IMG/VR virus record: IMGVR_UViG_3300045988_151707
Location: 32,001-96,000 of that record
Length of the DNA stretch: 64,000 nt
Direction: 5' to 3' (one strand)
DNA from: a virus
Positions 26,952 through 36,740 of this stretch are shown in pieces. The translations under genes and the position numbers were made by a program. A model generated the notes under the pieces. That model made no database searches and had not been told where the DNA came from. It saw only the letters and a program-made list of their open reading frames with translations. The number at the start of each line of letters is the position of its first letter. The first letter of the stretch is position 1.

Positions 26952-27219
26952 TTTTCCTTGCTTTTTCAATCATGTTGTCAATAGCATCAATAAAACGTGG
27001 GTTCCCGAACCTGGAATATTCCTTAATCAGTTCCACTTCTTTCTCATCATATTCTTCTTCACCATCTGAATTGTATATCTTACGGCACAATTCAAGCGAA
27101 GCAACTCCCCTGCCCGATGCGTAGATAGCATCGGCAAACATTTCTCTTACATCTTCCACTGCTTCCGTGACGCGTGAAAGACCGTTGAAAACGTGTAATT
27201 CCTTAAAATTCAGTTTCAT
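26932..27219 (-). CDS. hypothetical small protein
   Basis: 95-aa ORF immediately after the 1019-aa gene. Confidence 0.45.
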   Translation of the reverse strand: MKLNFKELHVFNGLSRVTEAVEDVREMFADAIYASGRGVASLELCRKIYNSDGEEEYDEKEVELIKEYSRFGNPRFIDAIDNMIEKARKNDTTSK

Positions 27220-27221
27220 TA

Positions 27222-30200
27222 TTATCCTATTTTATAACAAATTCCATTTTTAAAATAAAGGGTTTTTGAATACCCGTTTGGGGGCACATATTCTGCGGTA
27301 CCTGTAAATCCAGTAACTGAATTACCTCCTTCTGTCATTGATATTTGAGTAGGATTTATAATCATACTAGAATCTCCCATCTTTAATCTTATATCTCCGT
27401 TTGTTATCTGAGTGCTCTTGTCACCGCTGTTCATTCTTATGTCAAACGGGTATAGGTAAAGCGTTTCCCCTTCAATATTTTTCAATGATATTGCAGCTGA
27501 TTCATATCCTGAATTGTCGTAGAAAAACCAGCTAGAAAGCACATTCCCTGTACTTGAAACTAAAGCCATTTGTCTTGAATCAGGGTCTAATATAATTCTG
27601 TTTCCATCTGAATTAGTAACAACACCTCCAGTGAAAGTACCTGTAGCAGATTTCAACTCACCGGAAAAAGATCCGCTCGTAGCTACGACTTCACCTTGTA
27701 TATGTGCTTTTGTAGCATACATCTCACCAGATTCCGTCACACGGAAGGGAGCAGAAGCACGGTTCTCGTAAGTGCTTCCTGCAAAAATACGCACAAGGCT
27801 GCCTGAATTGCTTCCTGTCATACCTGCAGTAACAGTACCATCATCTTTCTGTATAAGCAGGTCGTTTCCCTGAAACAACTGTATTTTTGCATTCTTGGCT
27901 ATAATCAGTGATGTAAAAATAGAACCTACATTCGCGCCAAACCTTTTCCAAAATTCAGTGTTTGCGTATGTAATGCTGCTGCTCGATACATGCGTTTTCA
28001 AACACTGGTATGCGTCCCATCCGGTTTCAACAGCATTGTTTCTTACCAATACTACATCTATATAACGAACAGGAAGGCTTCCGTCTTTCACATCGCTGTC
28101 ATTACGGTATTCCGTGTTCAATGCCCATTCAGAATCGCGGATTACACATCCCTGAAGACCGTCTGCCCCTTTCTCGCCAAGCTGTGCAAATACAGCAGGA
28201 GTAGAGAATAACCCCCATTCTCCATCTGTTGATTTCCTTCTTTTAGAGACCCATTCGTATGGATAAGAAACAGAAATACCTGAAGGTGAGCGTGTCCATC
28301 CACTTGGTATGTAATCATCTATCTGTGCTGTTGTTGGAGTTGAAGGGGTTGAATTTATTGTTGTTCGTGTGTAAATTTCTTCAGTATAAGGTCCGTCTTC
28401 GCCTTTTTGAGCAATTATTTCGTATTCTAAAGAGTTTTGTTCTCCCGTTAGTATATATCCTCCATCTTCAAATATAAATCTATTCCCATCATTATCTGTC
28501 CAACACCATAAAGGAGGATTGTTAGTTGCATTTTTTGCAGAAAATGAAGAACCACACATTGTTACAACACCCATTTCAGGAACTTCCATGCCAGACTCCC
28601 ACCTTCCAATATAAGTTAACCCAGCTCCATCTTCACCCTTATCTACTTGTAGAAGCCAATCAGCATTTTCCTTGGAAGGTTCTGTATCTGTCCCGTCTTC
28701 TGCTACGCATAGCCACAATATACCATCATGGCTTACACGGTCATAAAATTCATATTTTGTGCCACTTTCCCATTGACCTCTGTCATTTGCCACAAGAACC
28801 GGCGTTCCATCTGGTCTTACTTGATTTATTGTACCAGTAAAATACACAGAATTAAGGTACATGGAGTAACCAGACATGTTCAGCCCGAATATGTTCAAAT
28901 TCGTCAGGTCGCCATACTGCATGGCAATATTCCCAACCGTAAATTCCCAGTCATTCTGTTTCCAGAGAAGTCGGGTATATGATCGTGTTTCGTATGCGGA
29001 GCTTTGTCTTGCTTCATCAGTAAAGTTTCCGTAGCATGAAAAACTCATCTGTGGCTGTGGATGAATAGTATATCCGGGACGAAGTGCATAACGGAATGTC
29101 TCATTATTATCTCCCGACACCTCCGTCACGCGAAAATAGGTGGTTGCAAATCCGGAAAATTTGAAGTTACCTTTGCTGTCGTCAGAATCCTCGGTAGCAT
29201 CCCTTTCATCGCCAAAATGGAAGATACCAAGTGCAATGTCATCCTTAGATACCGCACCAAACTCTCCTTTTTCCAGCTTTAGTGTACAAGTTCCAGTTGT
29301 AAGCTGATTACCTTCCGAATCCGTATCAGGTGTGCATGACAGAATAATTCCAGCACCAGGTACACGCCATTTAATCCCCAGGAAAATCTCTACACGGTTG
29401 TACCGGAGTTCAGGAACCTCCAGAAATTCCCACAAGCGAAGTCCGCGCATTTCTCCGTATCCTTTTTTATCTATCTTTGCGCCAAAACCGGTTAAACCTT
29501 CGGCAAAACCTTTCTCTCCCACCACAATTCCTGCCATCATCGTAAGCAAGAATTTTGTGGAGTCTTCACGGTCTTTATTGATAAGGTATTGTCTGAGAAG
29601 GTCTAAATATTTTCCAGTAAGCAACTTGGTTGTGGGCACGGATTCGTCGCTTTGAAGGAATTCTCCCTCATCTCCCTGGCGTGCCACATCAGAAATCTGC
29701 TTGTCGTTGATAACCAGCTTGCCGATAATGGAAAGCGTGCCTTGAACTATGTAGGAAGTGAAGCGTTTCAGCGGACGGATAAGGTCATCGGCTGTCACTT
29801 CAAACAGTTCTTTCCATCCGGCTGTATCCTGCGTTTGTCCTTCAGGAGTAGAAAGCTTACCGTAGTCCAGTGTAATTTCACGGTCGAGGGTGGCAGCTTC
29901 CAGACTGTCGGTGGCGGTAATGCTTCCGATACGTATGTAATAGAAATCTTCGCTGGGATTCTCTCCGCCGATGCTTCCGTCAGTAGCATAGTCGTTCACG
30001 GAAAACAGCACCATGGCATCGTCAGAACCACGTTCCAGACGGGCATAGATGTAGTGTGCCTCCGTGCGGTTCAGACGGGTGTTGTATCCCGTCAGCGTCC
30101 AGCTTCGGTATTCTCCGTTGGGCAGATAATCTATGCCGTAGCTTTTCTGCGGAGCCACCATGATGGTACAGCCCGGAACCACCCCCACCTGAATCAGGTT

Positions 30201-30281
30201 GGGGTTTTCCAGTGCATTTTCTATCATGGACACGCCCTGGTAAGAAATTCGGTATGCGTTACTCTGGTAATCGGTTATCAT
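27222..30281 (-). CDS. large tail fibre/spike-like structural protein (1019 aa)
   Basis: Size, beta-rich G/T/S composition and position in the fibre operon. Composition shifts from GC-richer (5' part, about 29000-30281) to AT-richer (3' part). Confidence 0.55.
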   Translation of the reverse strand: MITDYQSNAYRISYQGVSMIENALENPNLIQVGVVPGCTIMVAPQKSYGIDYLPNGEYRSWTLTGYNTRLNRTEAHYIYARLERGSDDAMVLFSVNDYATDGSIGGENPSEDFYYIRIGSITATDSLEAATLDREITLDYGKLSTPEGQTQDTAGWKELFEVTADDLIRPLKRFTSYIVQGTLSIIGKLVINDKQISDVARQGDEGEFLQSDESVPTTKLLTGKYLDLLRQYLINKDREDSTKFLLTMMAGIVVGEKGFAEGLTGFGAKIDKKGYGEMRGLRLWEFLEVPELRYNRVEIFLGIKWRVPGAGIILSCTPDTDSEGNQLTTGTCTLKLEKGEFGAVSKDDIALGIFHFGDERDATEDSDDSKGNFKFSGFATTYFRVTEVSGDNNETFRYALRPGYTIHPQPQMSFSCYGNFTDEARQSSAYETRSYTRLLWKQNDWEFTVGNIAMQYGDLTNLNIFGLNMSGYSMYLNSVYFTGTINQVRPDGTPVLVANDRGQWESGTKYEFYDRVSHDGILWLCVAEDGTDTEPSKENADWLLQVDKGEDGAGLTYIGRWESGMEVPEMGVVTMCGSSFSAKNATNNPPLWCWTDNDGNRFIFEDGGYILTGEQNSLEYEIIAQKGEDGPYTEEIYTRTTINSTPSTPTTAQIDDYIPSGWTRSPSGISVSYPYEWVSKRRKSTDGEWGLFSTPAVFAQLGEKGADGLQGCVIRDSEWALNTEYRNDSDVKDGSLPVRYIDVVLVRNNAVETGWDAYQCLKTHVSSSSITYANTEFWKRFGANVGSIFTSLIIAKNAKIQLFQGNDLLIQKDDGTVTAGMTGSNSGSLVRIFAGSTYENRASAPFRVTESGEMYATKAHIQGEVVATSGSFSGELKSATGTFTGGVVTNSDGNRIILDPDSRQMALVSSTGNVLSSWFFYDNSGYESAAISLKNIEGETLYLYPFDIRMNSGDKSTQITNGDIRLKMGDSSMIINPTQISMTEGGNSVTGFTGTAEYVPPNGYSKTLYFKNGICYKIG

Positions 30282-31279
30282 TTCCCTTTTCTGTATTTCT
30301 GATTCATTTTCTCAATTTCCTTGGCTTCCTTGGCCATGGCATTCATAATTCCCAGGATGCGGACCGCCTCGCTGTCGTACACTGCGTCGTAGTCACTGAA
30401 TCCCTGATACTTCATGATGTTGTTAATCATTTCCACCTCTATCTTGATGGGGTTCTGCCGTCCGTTCTTTTTCCCGTTAGGCGTGAACAGCTCCGGATAC
30501 ATGCGTGCGTAGGCTTCCTGCACGCTCTGAAAATACTGCACCATGACGGGGAACATGCGGGCTTCTACCATGCTAAACCAGCGGGCGTTTTTCTGTATCT
30601 GTCCGGAGTTGAACGACCACACGCGGCGCTTACACTTGCGCAGGTAGCGCCCTTCGCGTATCTCTCCCGTCTCGCGCACGGATTCGTTGAACAGCGTGGC
30701 CAAAAACCGGCAGCGTGCCTGCTTCATGCGGCGCAACTGCATCCGGATGGCGGCATGGGTCGATTTTCGCCTTACAAGCGTCTGTAGAACCTTCTGTGCG
30801 TCCCAGTACATGATAAGCAGATTCTGTGCGGACTGGTACTGCGCAAAGCTGACATCGGACATCACATCTTTCGGTGCTTTCAGACGAAGGGTCCCCATAC
30901 GAAGCCGGATAATTCCGTATGGAGTGACGGTGCGTGCAAAAGGATTGTCCAGAAAACCGAGCTTCTGGTCTATCCACTGGTCCACCTGCCATGCCCGCAT
31001 GGGAATGCGCTCAAACAGGTGTCGAATCCCTTTGCGCCGGAAGAGAAACACCGTCTCACCATTTTCATCGGTCACGGTGCGCCGCACGATTTTCAGTCCG
31101 AGAAAAAGCATGAAGCACTTCAGCTTGAAAAGTCGGTCGGCACGTTCCTCGTCGCCTGCCGCAGCCATAGCCTCCTTACGCTTGTAAAGTCTGTTCACCT
31201 CTTCCAGTTCTTCGGTCGACAGCCAGTTCCAGCTGTCGGGAAGTTCCGGAAGATGTATCTGGTAGTTTGTCGTATCCAT
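30278..31279 (-). CDS. hypothetical late protein
   Basis: 333-aa ORF, the first gene after late promoter 4. It overlaps the next gene by 4 nt. Confidence 0.5.
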   Translation of the reverse strand: MDTTNYQIHLPELPDSWNWLSTEELEEVNRLYKRKEAMAAAGDEERADRLFKLKCFMLFLGLKIVRRTVTDENGETVFLFRRKGIRHLFERIPMRAWQVDQWIDQKLGFLDNPFARTVTPYGIIRLRMGTLRLKAPKDVMSDVSFAQYQSAQNLLIMYWDAQKVLQTLVRRKSTHAAIRMQLRRMKQARCRFLATLFNESVRETGEIREGRYLRKCKRRVWSFNSGQIQKNARWFSMVEARMFPVMVQYFQSVQEAYARMYPELFTPNGKKNGRQNPIKIEVEMINNIMKYQGFSDYDAVYDSEAVRILGIMNAMAKEAKEIEKMNQKYRKGK

Positions 31280-31298
31280 TTGTCGTTTCTTTATACTC

Positions 31299-31340
31299 CA
31301 AAGTTAGGTATATGACAACTGGGGATGAAGGACAAAAAAT
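31299..31340 (-). promoter_or_regulatory. late promoter copy 4 (TTTTTTGTCCTTC-N-TAACTTTG)
   Basis: Invariant core and 26-nt spacing. The core abuts the stop codon of the upstream gene. Confidence 0.65.
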
Positions 31341-32365
31341 CAGTGCCGGGTAAAGGCTTGCGGACGCATGACGAAGATGGCGTTGTCCTGGTTGTCGTAA
31401 TCGAATATGGGCTGTTTGTCCGGTCCGGTTATTTCAGTGAGCGGCGGCACATACAGCGGAGAATCCTTGATAAACTCTCCGAAAGAATCCTGATGGTTGG
31501 AAATAAATTTGCGTGCCTTTGTCATGGAATAAGCTGCCTCGTTTTCGCTGTACTTTCGCTGTTTTTCCGGACGGCGCGACTCGATGTAGAGTGCCAGCGC
31601 CATGCGCAGACAGTCCACCGCCTTCTGCCACACCGCATTTATGGCATCCTTGTCTTCGCCCGTGAAAAGGTCAGACTTTAGCGAGCGCGTGCACCATTTC
31701 ACCAGCGCATCGGTCAGCTCCTCCCCTATCTCCGGCTCTATGTAGGCGCTCTGGCAATAGCGGATGTCAGGCAACATGGCGATGAACTTCTCCCGGCTTT
31801 CGTTAATATCCAGAAAACGGTTCATCTCGATGGCGGTAGTAAACAGCAAGTCGCCCTGAAGGTAGAAGTAACGGCTTTCGCGCCACAAATCGGCAAACAC
31901 GGGGGCCTGACTGCACGCATCCTCTTCCAGGAATACCAGCAGACGGTCTACTCCGCGACGTCCCTTGAAATACGCATCGCGTTCAAACCGGCTCACGGAT
32001 TTCTCGTCGGCCTTGTCGTACCCGTCGGTGTACACCTGATTCAGTCCACCTCCGTCGTTCAGACTCACCGTGAGAATGCCGGTGCTGTTGGCCAGCGACA
32101 AGTAGACCACCGGAAGCTGACAGGCACGTATCAGACGGATTTCGGGTGTAAGGTTTTCTTTTTCCACGTAGGCCGCCGTCACTCCGCCATACTCTTCCAT
32201 GGCCTTATCGTATTCTTCGCATACCTTTTCGTAGAGTTTCCGCCCAAGTATCGGCACAAGAATGTTCTCTTCTGTCTCTTCCATGATTGTGAGAAGTGAC
32301 TGGTCGCCGCTGTACACGCTGGTGGGCACGTATGCCCTGATTTCTTCGGTTTTCGTTACTAGCAT
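31340..32365 (-). CDS. head-tail connector/adaptor-like protein (start at ATG 32365)
   Basis: The N-terminal pattern LLTIMEETEENILVPILGRKLYEKV resembles gp6-type connector proteins (weak). The ORF-track start lies inside the -7 box. Confidence 0.4.
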   Translation of the reverse strand: MLVTKTEEIRAYVPTSVYSGDQSLLTIMEETEENILVPILGRKLYEKVCEEYDKAMEEYGGVTAAYVEKENLTPEIRLIRACQLPVVYLSLANSTGILTVSLNDGGGLNQVYTDGYDKADEKSVSRFERDAYFKGRRGVDRLLVFLEEDACSQAPVFADLWRESRYFYLQGDLLFTTAIEMNRFLDINESREKFIAMLPDIRYCQSAYIEPEIGEELTDALVKWCTRSLKSDLFTGEDKDAINAVWQKAVDCLRMALALYIESRRPEKQRKYSENEAAYSMTKARKFISNHQDSFGEFIKDSPLYVPPLTEITGPDKQPIFDYDNQDNAIFVMRPQAFTRH

Positions 32366-32383
32366 AGTCTTTGTGTTTTTCTT

Positions 32384-32425
32384 CAAAGTTAGCGGTCTGA
32401 TTCGGTAGTTTGAAGGACAAAAAAC
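32384..32425 (-). promoter_or_regulatory. late promoter copy 5 (TTTTTTGTCCTTC-N-TAACTTTG)
   Basis: Invariant core, 26-nt spacing, and the leader AAGAAAAACACAAAGACT before the ATG. Confidence 0.65.
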
Positions 32426-32454
32426 GAAAAATTGGAGGTTTTATGAAATTTAGA

Positions 32455-32488
32455 AACAATTTTAATGCGATTTCGGTTTAAAATTGTT
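32455..32488 (+). promoter_or_regulatory. operator O2 overlapping the early promoter of the plus-strand block
   Basis: AACAATTTTAATGCGATTTCGGTTTAAAATTGTT, followed at once by TATTTTTG (32488-32495). 33/34 identical to the reverse complement of O3. Confidence 0.65.
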
Positions 32489-32519
32489 ATTTTTGCGGTA
32501 GGTAAAATGTAATAAAACG

Positions 32520-33002
32520 ATGAACATGAAATCTAAAAAAGTTATGAAAAAGACTTACGTGCTCATGCTTTCGCAATCTTTCCCGACCAAACATCCCCGG
32601 TCTGGGAGCCCTACCGGATTCCGTGAGAAATTCCTTTCCGGAGAAAAACGCCACACCATCCGGACCAACTTCCCGCTTTGGGAAAAACGCATACACGAGG
32701 TGCAGCAAGGTGAAGCGGTTATCTCCGTCCGTCAGTGGGAAGGCCGTCCGTATTTCAGCAGGCAAATAACAATAGGCTGTCTGACCGCAGAATCCGGAAC
32801 AGGTATTCAGAAACTTACCTTCCAGCTGGATCGCGACGGATGTGCCTCTTTCAATTTCTTTGACATCGACGGTAAATATCCGGAACTGAAAGAACTTGCG
32901 GCCAACGATGGTCTGTCGGTAGACGACTGGAAAGAGTGGTTCCGGGGTTATGACTTCAGTCAGCCGATGGCAGTAATTCAATTCGGTAAATTCAGGTATT
33001 AA
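32520..33002 (+). CDS. early-block protein (possible ASCH/PUA-like fold)
   Basis: 160-aa ORF. The pattern HTIR...W...G...V.QW.GRPY is reminiscent of ASCH domains (weak). Confidence 0.4.
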   Translation: MNMKSKKVMKKTYVLMLSQSFPTKHPRSGSPTGFREKFLSGEKRHTIRTNFPLWEKRIHEVQQGEAVISVRQWEGRPYFSRQITIGCLTAESGTGIQKLTFQLDRDGCASFNFFDIDGKYPELKELAANDGLSVDDWKEWFRGYDFSQPMAVIQFGKFRY

Positions 33003-33175
33003 TGATGAAAGAGTATTTTATTGCTACTGCAATTTTTGTAGGTCTTGTGGCTTTCGTTATGGCAATGAGCTATTTCTCCGGTTTGGATTACGACATTCTT
33101 TTTATAGAATTTATGCTTACATACCTAGTGATTAATAAATTATCTGAAATACAAAACGATAAAAAAGAAGAATAA
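33002..33175 (+). CDS. small membrane protein (57 aa, below the ORF-track cutoff)
   Basis: ATG overlaps the upstream stop. Contains the hydrophobic helix FIATAIFVGLVAFVMAM. Confidence 0.35.
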   Translation: MMKEYFIATAIFVGLVAFVMAMSYFSGLDYDILFIEFMLTYLVINKLSEIQNDKKEE

Positions 33176-33176
33176 T

Positions 33177-33377
33177 ATGGCAGCGTATGACGTAAACGGG
33201 CGGTGCGAAGACTGCACATTTGCTGACGCATTTGGAAGAAGTTGCCAGCATGGGATGCTATTCCCTGTCATGGTACTAATTGCGTTTGGAGATGTATATC
33301 AGTGTCCGAACTTTCAGAAAAAGAATGCTGAACAGCTTCAGGAACAAATTCGATTAAAGAACAAAGAAAATAAATAG
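33177..33377 (+). CDS. small Cys-rich protein
   Basis: 66 aa, with CEDCTF...CQHG...CPNF. Confidence 0.5.
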   Translation: MAAYDVNGRCEDCTFADAFGRSCQHGMLFPVMVLIAFGDVYQCPNFQKKNAEQLQEQIRLKNKENK

Positions 33378-33380
33378 GAT

Positions 33381-33632
33381 ATGGATTTTAAGAAATTAAA
33401 ATTACTCACAGAACTGATTGATGGATATGAATGGCAAATGGGCCATGGTCTTGCGGTATGGATAGAATATTCTAATTGCACGACTGTTTTTGATAAGATA
33501 TTGGAAATAGATACTGAACTATTCCCTAATTGTTTAGCAGAAAGAACAGGTATTTACATTGATCATTTTGAAGATATACTGAGCTTGTATACCAACGATA
33601 TTGAGAAGTTGTTCCCTAAAGACGAAGATTGA
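33381..33632 (+). CDS. hypothetical early protein
   Basis: 83-aa ORF, tightly packed with its neighbours. Confidence 0.5.
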   Translation: MDFKKLKLLTELIDGYEWQMGHGLAVWIEYSNCTTVFDKILEIDTELFPNCLAERTGIYIDHFEDILSLYTNDIEKLFPKDED

Positions 33633-33635
33633 AAT

Positions 33636-33845
33636 ATGGCGAAGAAAGAATTTAAAGTTGGAGAAACATTCCAGTGCGGGCTGGTAAAGCTGAGAGTAGT
33701 TAAATCCGAAAAGGCTGGAACATGTACAGGATGCGACCTACTTGGGCTAGAATATTGCACAGCTGTTCAAGAATTTATCGGAAGTTGTTACCGTGGTGAT
33801 AGAGAAGATAAAACCGATGTAATCTTTGTAAAAGTGGAGGAATAA
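33636..33845 (+). CDS. small Cys-containing protein
   Basis: 69 aa, with CTGCD...C...C. Confidence 0.5.
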   Translation: MAKKEFKVGETFQCGLVKLRVVKSEKAGTCTGCDLLGLEYCTAVQEFIGSCYRGDREDKTDVIFVKVEE

Positions 33846-33848
33846 AAT

Positions 33849-34370
33849 ATGGATTTCAAATCACAAATAGCAACCACACGCGACCAGTCGAAAATACTTC
33901 TTTCGCTGGGCCTGAAACCGGAAACGGCCGACATGGTGTATCACCACACCAACAGCCGGGTAAAATCATTGGAATGGGAACTTCAGACAAAACCTCCCAC
34001 ATTGAGAGGGAAGTATTGGACACCGGAAAGAATCGCAAAACTGGAAAGCCCTTTCCATAAGCACCCGGACGGAACCCTGATGACCGGAGAGGAAATTTTC
34101 GACGCTCTCTGGGGAAAAGATGTTCCTGCATGGAGTCTTGACCGGCTTCTGGAAATTATGCCTAAGTCAATCACTCAAAGTAACCGCCAAAATGCTGATT
34201 TTGCAATGAATAGTGACGGTACCTTCTGGTTTATTTCATACGAAGAACTTGGATATGATATGAAGCACCAGGAAATGAACATTGGTTCTTTTGACACCGC
34301 TATTTGCATGATTAGATGGCTTATACATAATAATCACCTGAACCCGGAATACTTAAAAGACAAACCATGA
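33849..34370 (+). CDS. hypothetical early protein, paralogous to 35700-36146
   Basis: Shared N-terminal (L..LG....A....Y) motif and shared AWSLDRLLEIMP / FTLDDVLSLLP motif. Confidence 0.5.
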   Translation: MDFKSQIATTRDQSKILLSLGLKPETADMVYHHTNSRVKSLEWELQTKPPTLRGKYWTPERIAKLESPFHKHPDGTLMTGEEIFDALWGKDVPAWSLDRLLEIMPKSITQSNRQNADFAMNSDGTFWFISYEELGYDMKHQEMNIGSFDTAICMIRWLIHNNHLNPEYLKDKP

Positions 34371-34705
34371 AAAGAGAGGATATAGAAAAGAAATACAATG
34401 AACTTGTAAAGTCTATCGAAACAAAGATAATGTACGATGGGCGTGGAACGGTGGACAGATATACCTGCGATACGTGCGGACATATCATATACACCACGTA
34501 TAGGGACAAAGGTGTAACCCCATTCACAATAAGATGCACACGATGTGGAGGTACAAAGTATCATGACAAAACTTATGATAAAAAAACTGTCCCTGGTTAT
34601 GTGAATGTAATGGATTGGTATCGCCCTACATTAGAGCAAACATTAAAAATGCCTGACAGAGTGATTGAACATATTCTTAACGGAGGACTTGTTTTGGAGG
34701 ATTGA
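34367..34705 (+). CDS. zinc-ribbon protein
   Basis: CDTCGH ... CTRCGG. Confidence 0.55.
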   Translation: MKREDIEKKYNELVKSIETKIMYDGRGTVDRYTCDTCGHIIYTTYRDKGVTPFTIRCTRCGGTKYHDKTYDKKTVPGYVNVMDWYRPTLEQTLKMPDRVIEHILNGGLVLED

Positions 34706-35358
34706 TTATGAAAACAATAGAAATATACGAAACAAATGATGGTAGCCGATTCGACAAAAAAGAAGGAGCTATTAAATATGAAGGACTTTGCGATAAATGC
34801 AATTCGATAAATCTAAAACTCGGAATATTAGGACGTGACTTAGAATCAAATGAGTATATACAGCATGATCCGGAAGTCATAAAAAACACATTTAAAGAGT
34901 TTATGGGTATTGTAGCAGATTCAATACCTGATTATTCCAACATGGCTATTGAATGTGGTAACGGGGAAAGACACATGAGTCATATATATCGAGTCATCTC
35001 TGATTATAACATTAAATGCCTTAGCTATTTAATGTTTAGATTTTACTGTATCGACTTTAAAAATGGGAAAGAGTTTCAGCAACCTTACTTCACTTCACAT
35101 CAAGAAAAAGTGACAGTCAGAGTGAAATTAGACAACTGCGAAAACTTCTCCCCCACCTGCGCAACATGCAACAGTTATAACGACGGGAAATGTACCAATT
35201 TCGGGAAGGAAGGAAAAGCGGAAGATTCCTGCAAATACTATCAGTCGGACGTGATTGAATATACCTGCCAGCAGTGCGGACGTAAATACGAAATCATAGA
35301 CTCTGATGCAGGTGATCGTGAGAAGTTTTGCTGCAAAGCATGTGAAAACGGATATTAA
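34702..35358 (+). CDS. Cys-rich protein with a C-terminal multi-CxxC cluster
   Basis: CATCNSYNDGKC, CQQCG and CCKAC. Confidence 0.55.
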   Translation: MIMKTIEIYETNDGSRFDKKEGAIKYEGLCDKCNSINLKLGILGRDLESNEYIQHDPEVIKNTFKEFMGIVADSIPDYSNMAIECGNGERHMSHIYRVISDYNIKCLSYLMFRFYCIDFKNGKEFQQPYFTSHQEKVTVRVKLDNCENFSPTCATCNSYNDGKCTNFGKEGKAEDSCKYYQSDVIEYTCQQCGRKYEIIDSDAGDREKFCCKACENGY

Positions 35359-35374
35359 TCAAAACTAAGTAACC

Positions 35375-35725
35375 ATGGAAATAGAAATTACACCTGAAGA
35401 AATGCTGGAGCGCTTCAAGCTCTACGGAGAAATTTATCTGCTTCTGGCTCCCGTCTGTGAATATGATGACATGGACGATTTCAGAATAGAAAGTTATGAG
35501 ATTATCGACGAGCTGGATTTAGAAGATGAAATATTTTTCCAGGCAGATGGCGTGGAAGTCAGATTTAAAGGCGTGGAATTTAAAGAAGATATGCTGTACA
35601 TCCTATATACAAACGAAGATGAATGCGAAGAATATTTACATCCCGTCATCCACCTGGAAACAGAGTCCATCCGAAAAGTGAAATCAATTCTCGAACAATA
35701 TGTCAAAGCAATCAGCCATGAGTAA
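35375..35725 (+). CDS. strongly acidic protein (DNA-mimic/anti-restriction candidate)
   Basis: By my count about 33 D/E against 10 K/R in 116 aa. Confidence 0.4.
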   Translation: MEIEITPEEMLERFKLYGEIYLLLAPVCEYDDMDDFRIESYEIIDELDLEDEIFFQADGVEVRFKGVEFKEDMLYILYTNEDECEEYLHPVIHLETESIRKVKSILEQYVKAISHE

Positions 35726-36146
35726 ACAGGTATTGGATGTTGAGCAAATGATGCATCTTAAAGAGTTGGGTGTTGATACAAGCAAAGCGAGCGCTAAAGA
35801 ATATATTATCTCCGAGACTGAAAATTATTGTGGATATTCGAGAAATATTGTTGTTATTGACGGATATATCGAAAACTTCATAGAACAAAGGAAGGCTTTT
35901 ACCTTAGATGATGTTTTGAGTCTGCTACCAGATTGTATAGATAAAGAAGAAGCCAAGCTCAATGTTGGTAAAAAATCTGTATCATACGAAAAAATGGTAG
36001 GTTATAGTTATGATGGTGACTTGATTTTATTTCATAATGATATTCTTTTAGAAGCTGCATACGAAATGCTTTGCTGGTGCGCAGAAAACGGATATCTAAA
36101 CCATAGACAGTATGATGAACAAACATCAAAAGAAGCTGATAGATGA
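35700..36146 (+). CDS. hypothetical early protein, paralog of 33849-34370
   Basis: See the paralog motifs above. The start is ambiguous (35700 or 35718). Confidence 0.5.
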   Translation: MSKQSAMSKQVLDVEQMMHLKELGVDTSKASAKEYIISETENYCGYSRNIVVIDGYIENFIEQRKAFTLDDVLSLLPDCIDKEEAKLNVGKKSVSYEKMVGYSYDGDLILFHNDILLEAAYEMLCWCAENGYLNHRQYDEQTSKEADR

Positions 36147-36465
36147 AGTAGAAGCAATTATCGGCCATGAGGTAGAAGCCACCAGAAGACTAAAAGAGCT
36201 GGATAAACACATAGAAATGATGAAAAACATGCGGTACATAAAACTTAATCATAGAATTGATTACAGCGATATCACTCTGACTGGGAATGGTAGGAATGGA
36301 CTATGCTTAAACATTGATGTTGACGACCGGATTTACGAACGTATAATTGATGCATACGTCCAAGAATTTTATGAACAAGTCAGAACCGTTGCCAAGCTCT
36401 TATCATATTTAAGAAACAAAGAACTATTAAAAGAACTTATTTATGACTCCCGAAGAATACCTTGA
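36112..36465 (+). CDS. hypothetical early protein
   Basis: 117-aa ORF overlapping both neighbours. Confidence 0.45.
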   Translation: MMNKHQKKLIDEVEAIIGHEVEATRRLKELDKHIEMMKNMRYIKLNHRIDYSDITLTGNGRNGLCLNIDVDDRIYERIIDAYVQEFYEQVRTVAKLLSYLRNKELLKELIYDSRRIP

Positions 36466-36718
36466 CAAGAAGAAAGCGGAGCAATTCAATGGAAGAGAAT
36501 CCTACTACACCGTCTCACTGGACGATGCAGTGAAAGCCGTTGAAATGGCCCGCAGTGAAAACAAACCTGCTGACAACATACCGGTATCAGCGCTATACGG
36601 ATGGATTTGCCCGAAATGCGGACGTGTCTACTCCCCTACCGTACCCACATGTATGAGATGCATAAACTTTGAAATAGGCCGTACAACATGCGCGGAACAG
36701 TCGGAACGTATGAAATAA
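36443..36718 (+). CDS. zinc-ribbon protein
   Basis: CPKCG...CMRC. Confidence 0.5.
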   Translation: MTPEEYLDKKKAEQFNGRESYYTVSLDDAVKAVEMARSENKPADNIPVSALYGWICPKCGRVYSPTVPTCMRCINFEIGRTTCAEQSERMK

Positions 36719-36740
36719 CAAACCATTAAACAACATTTCT

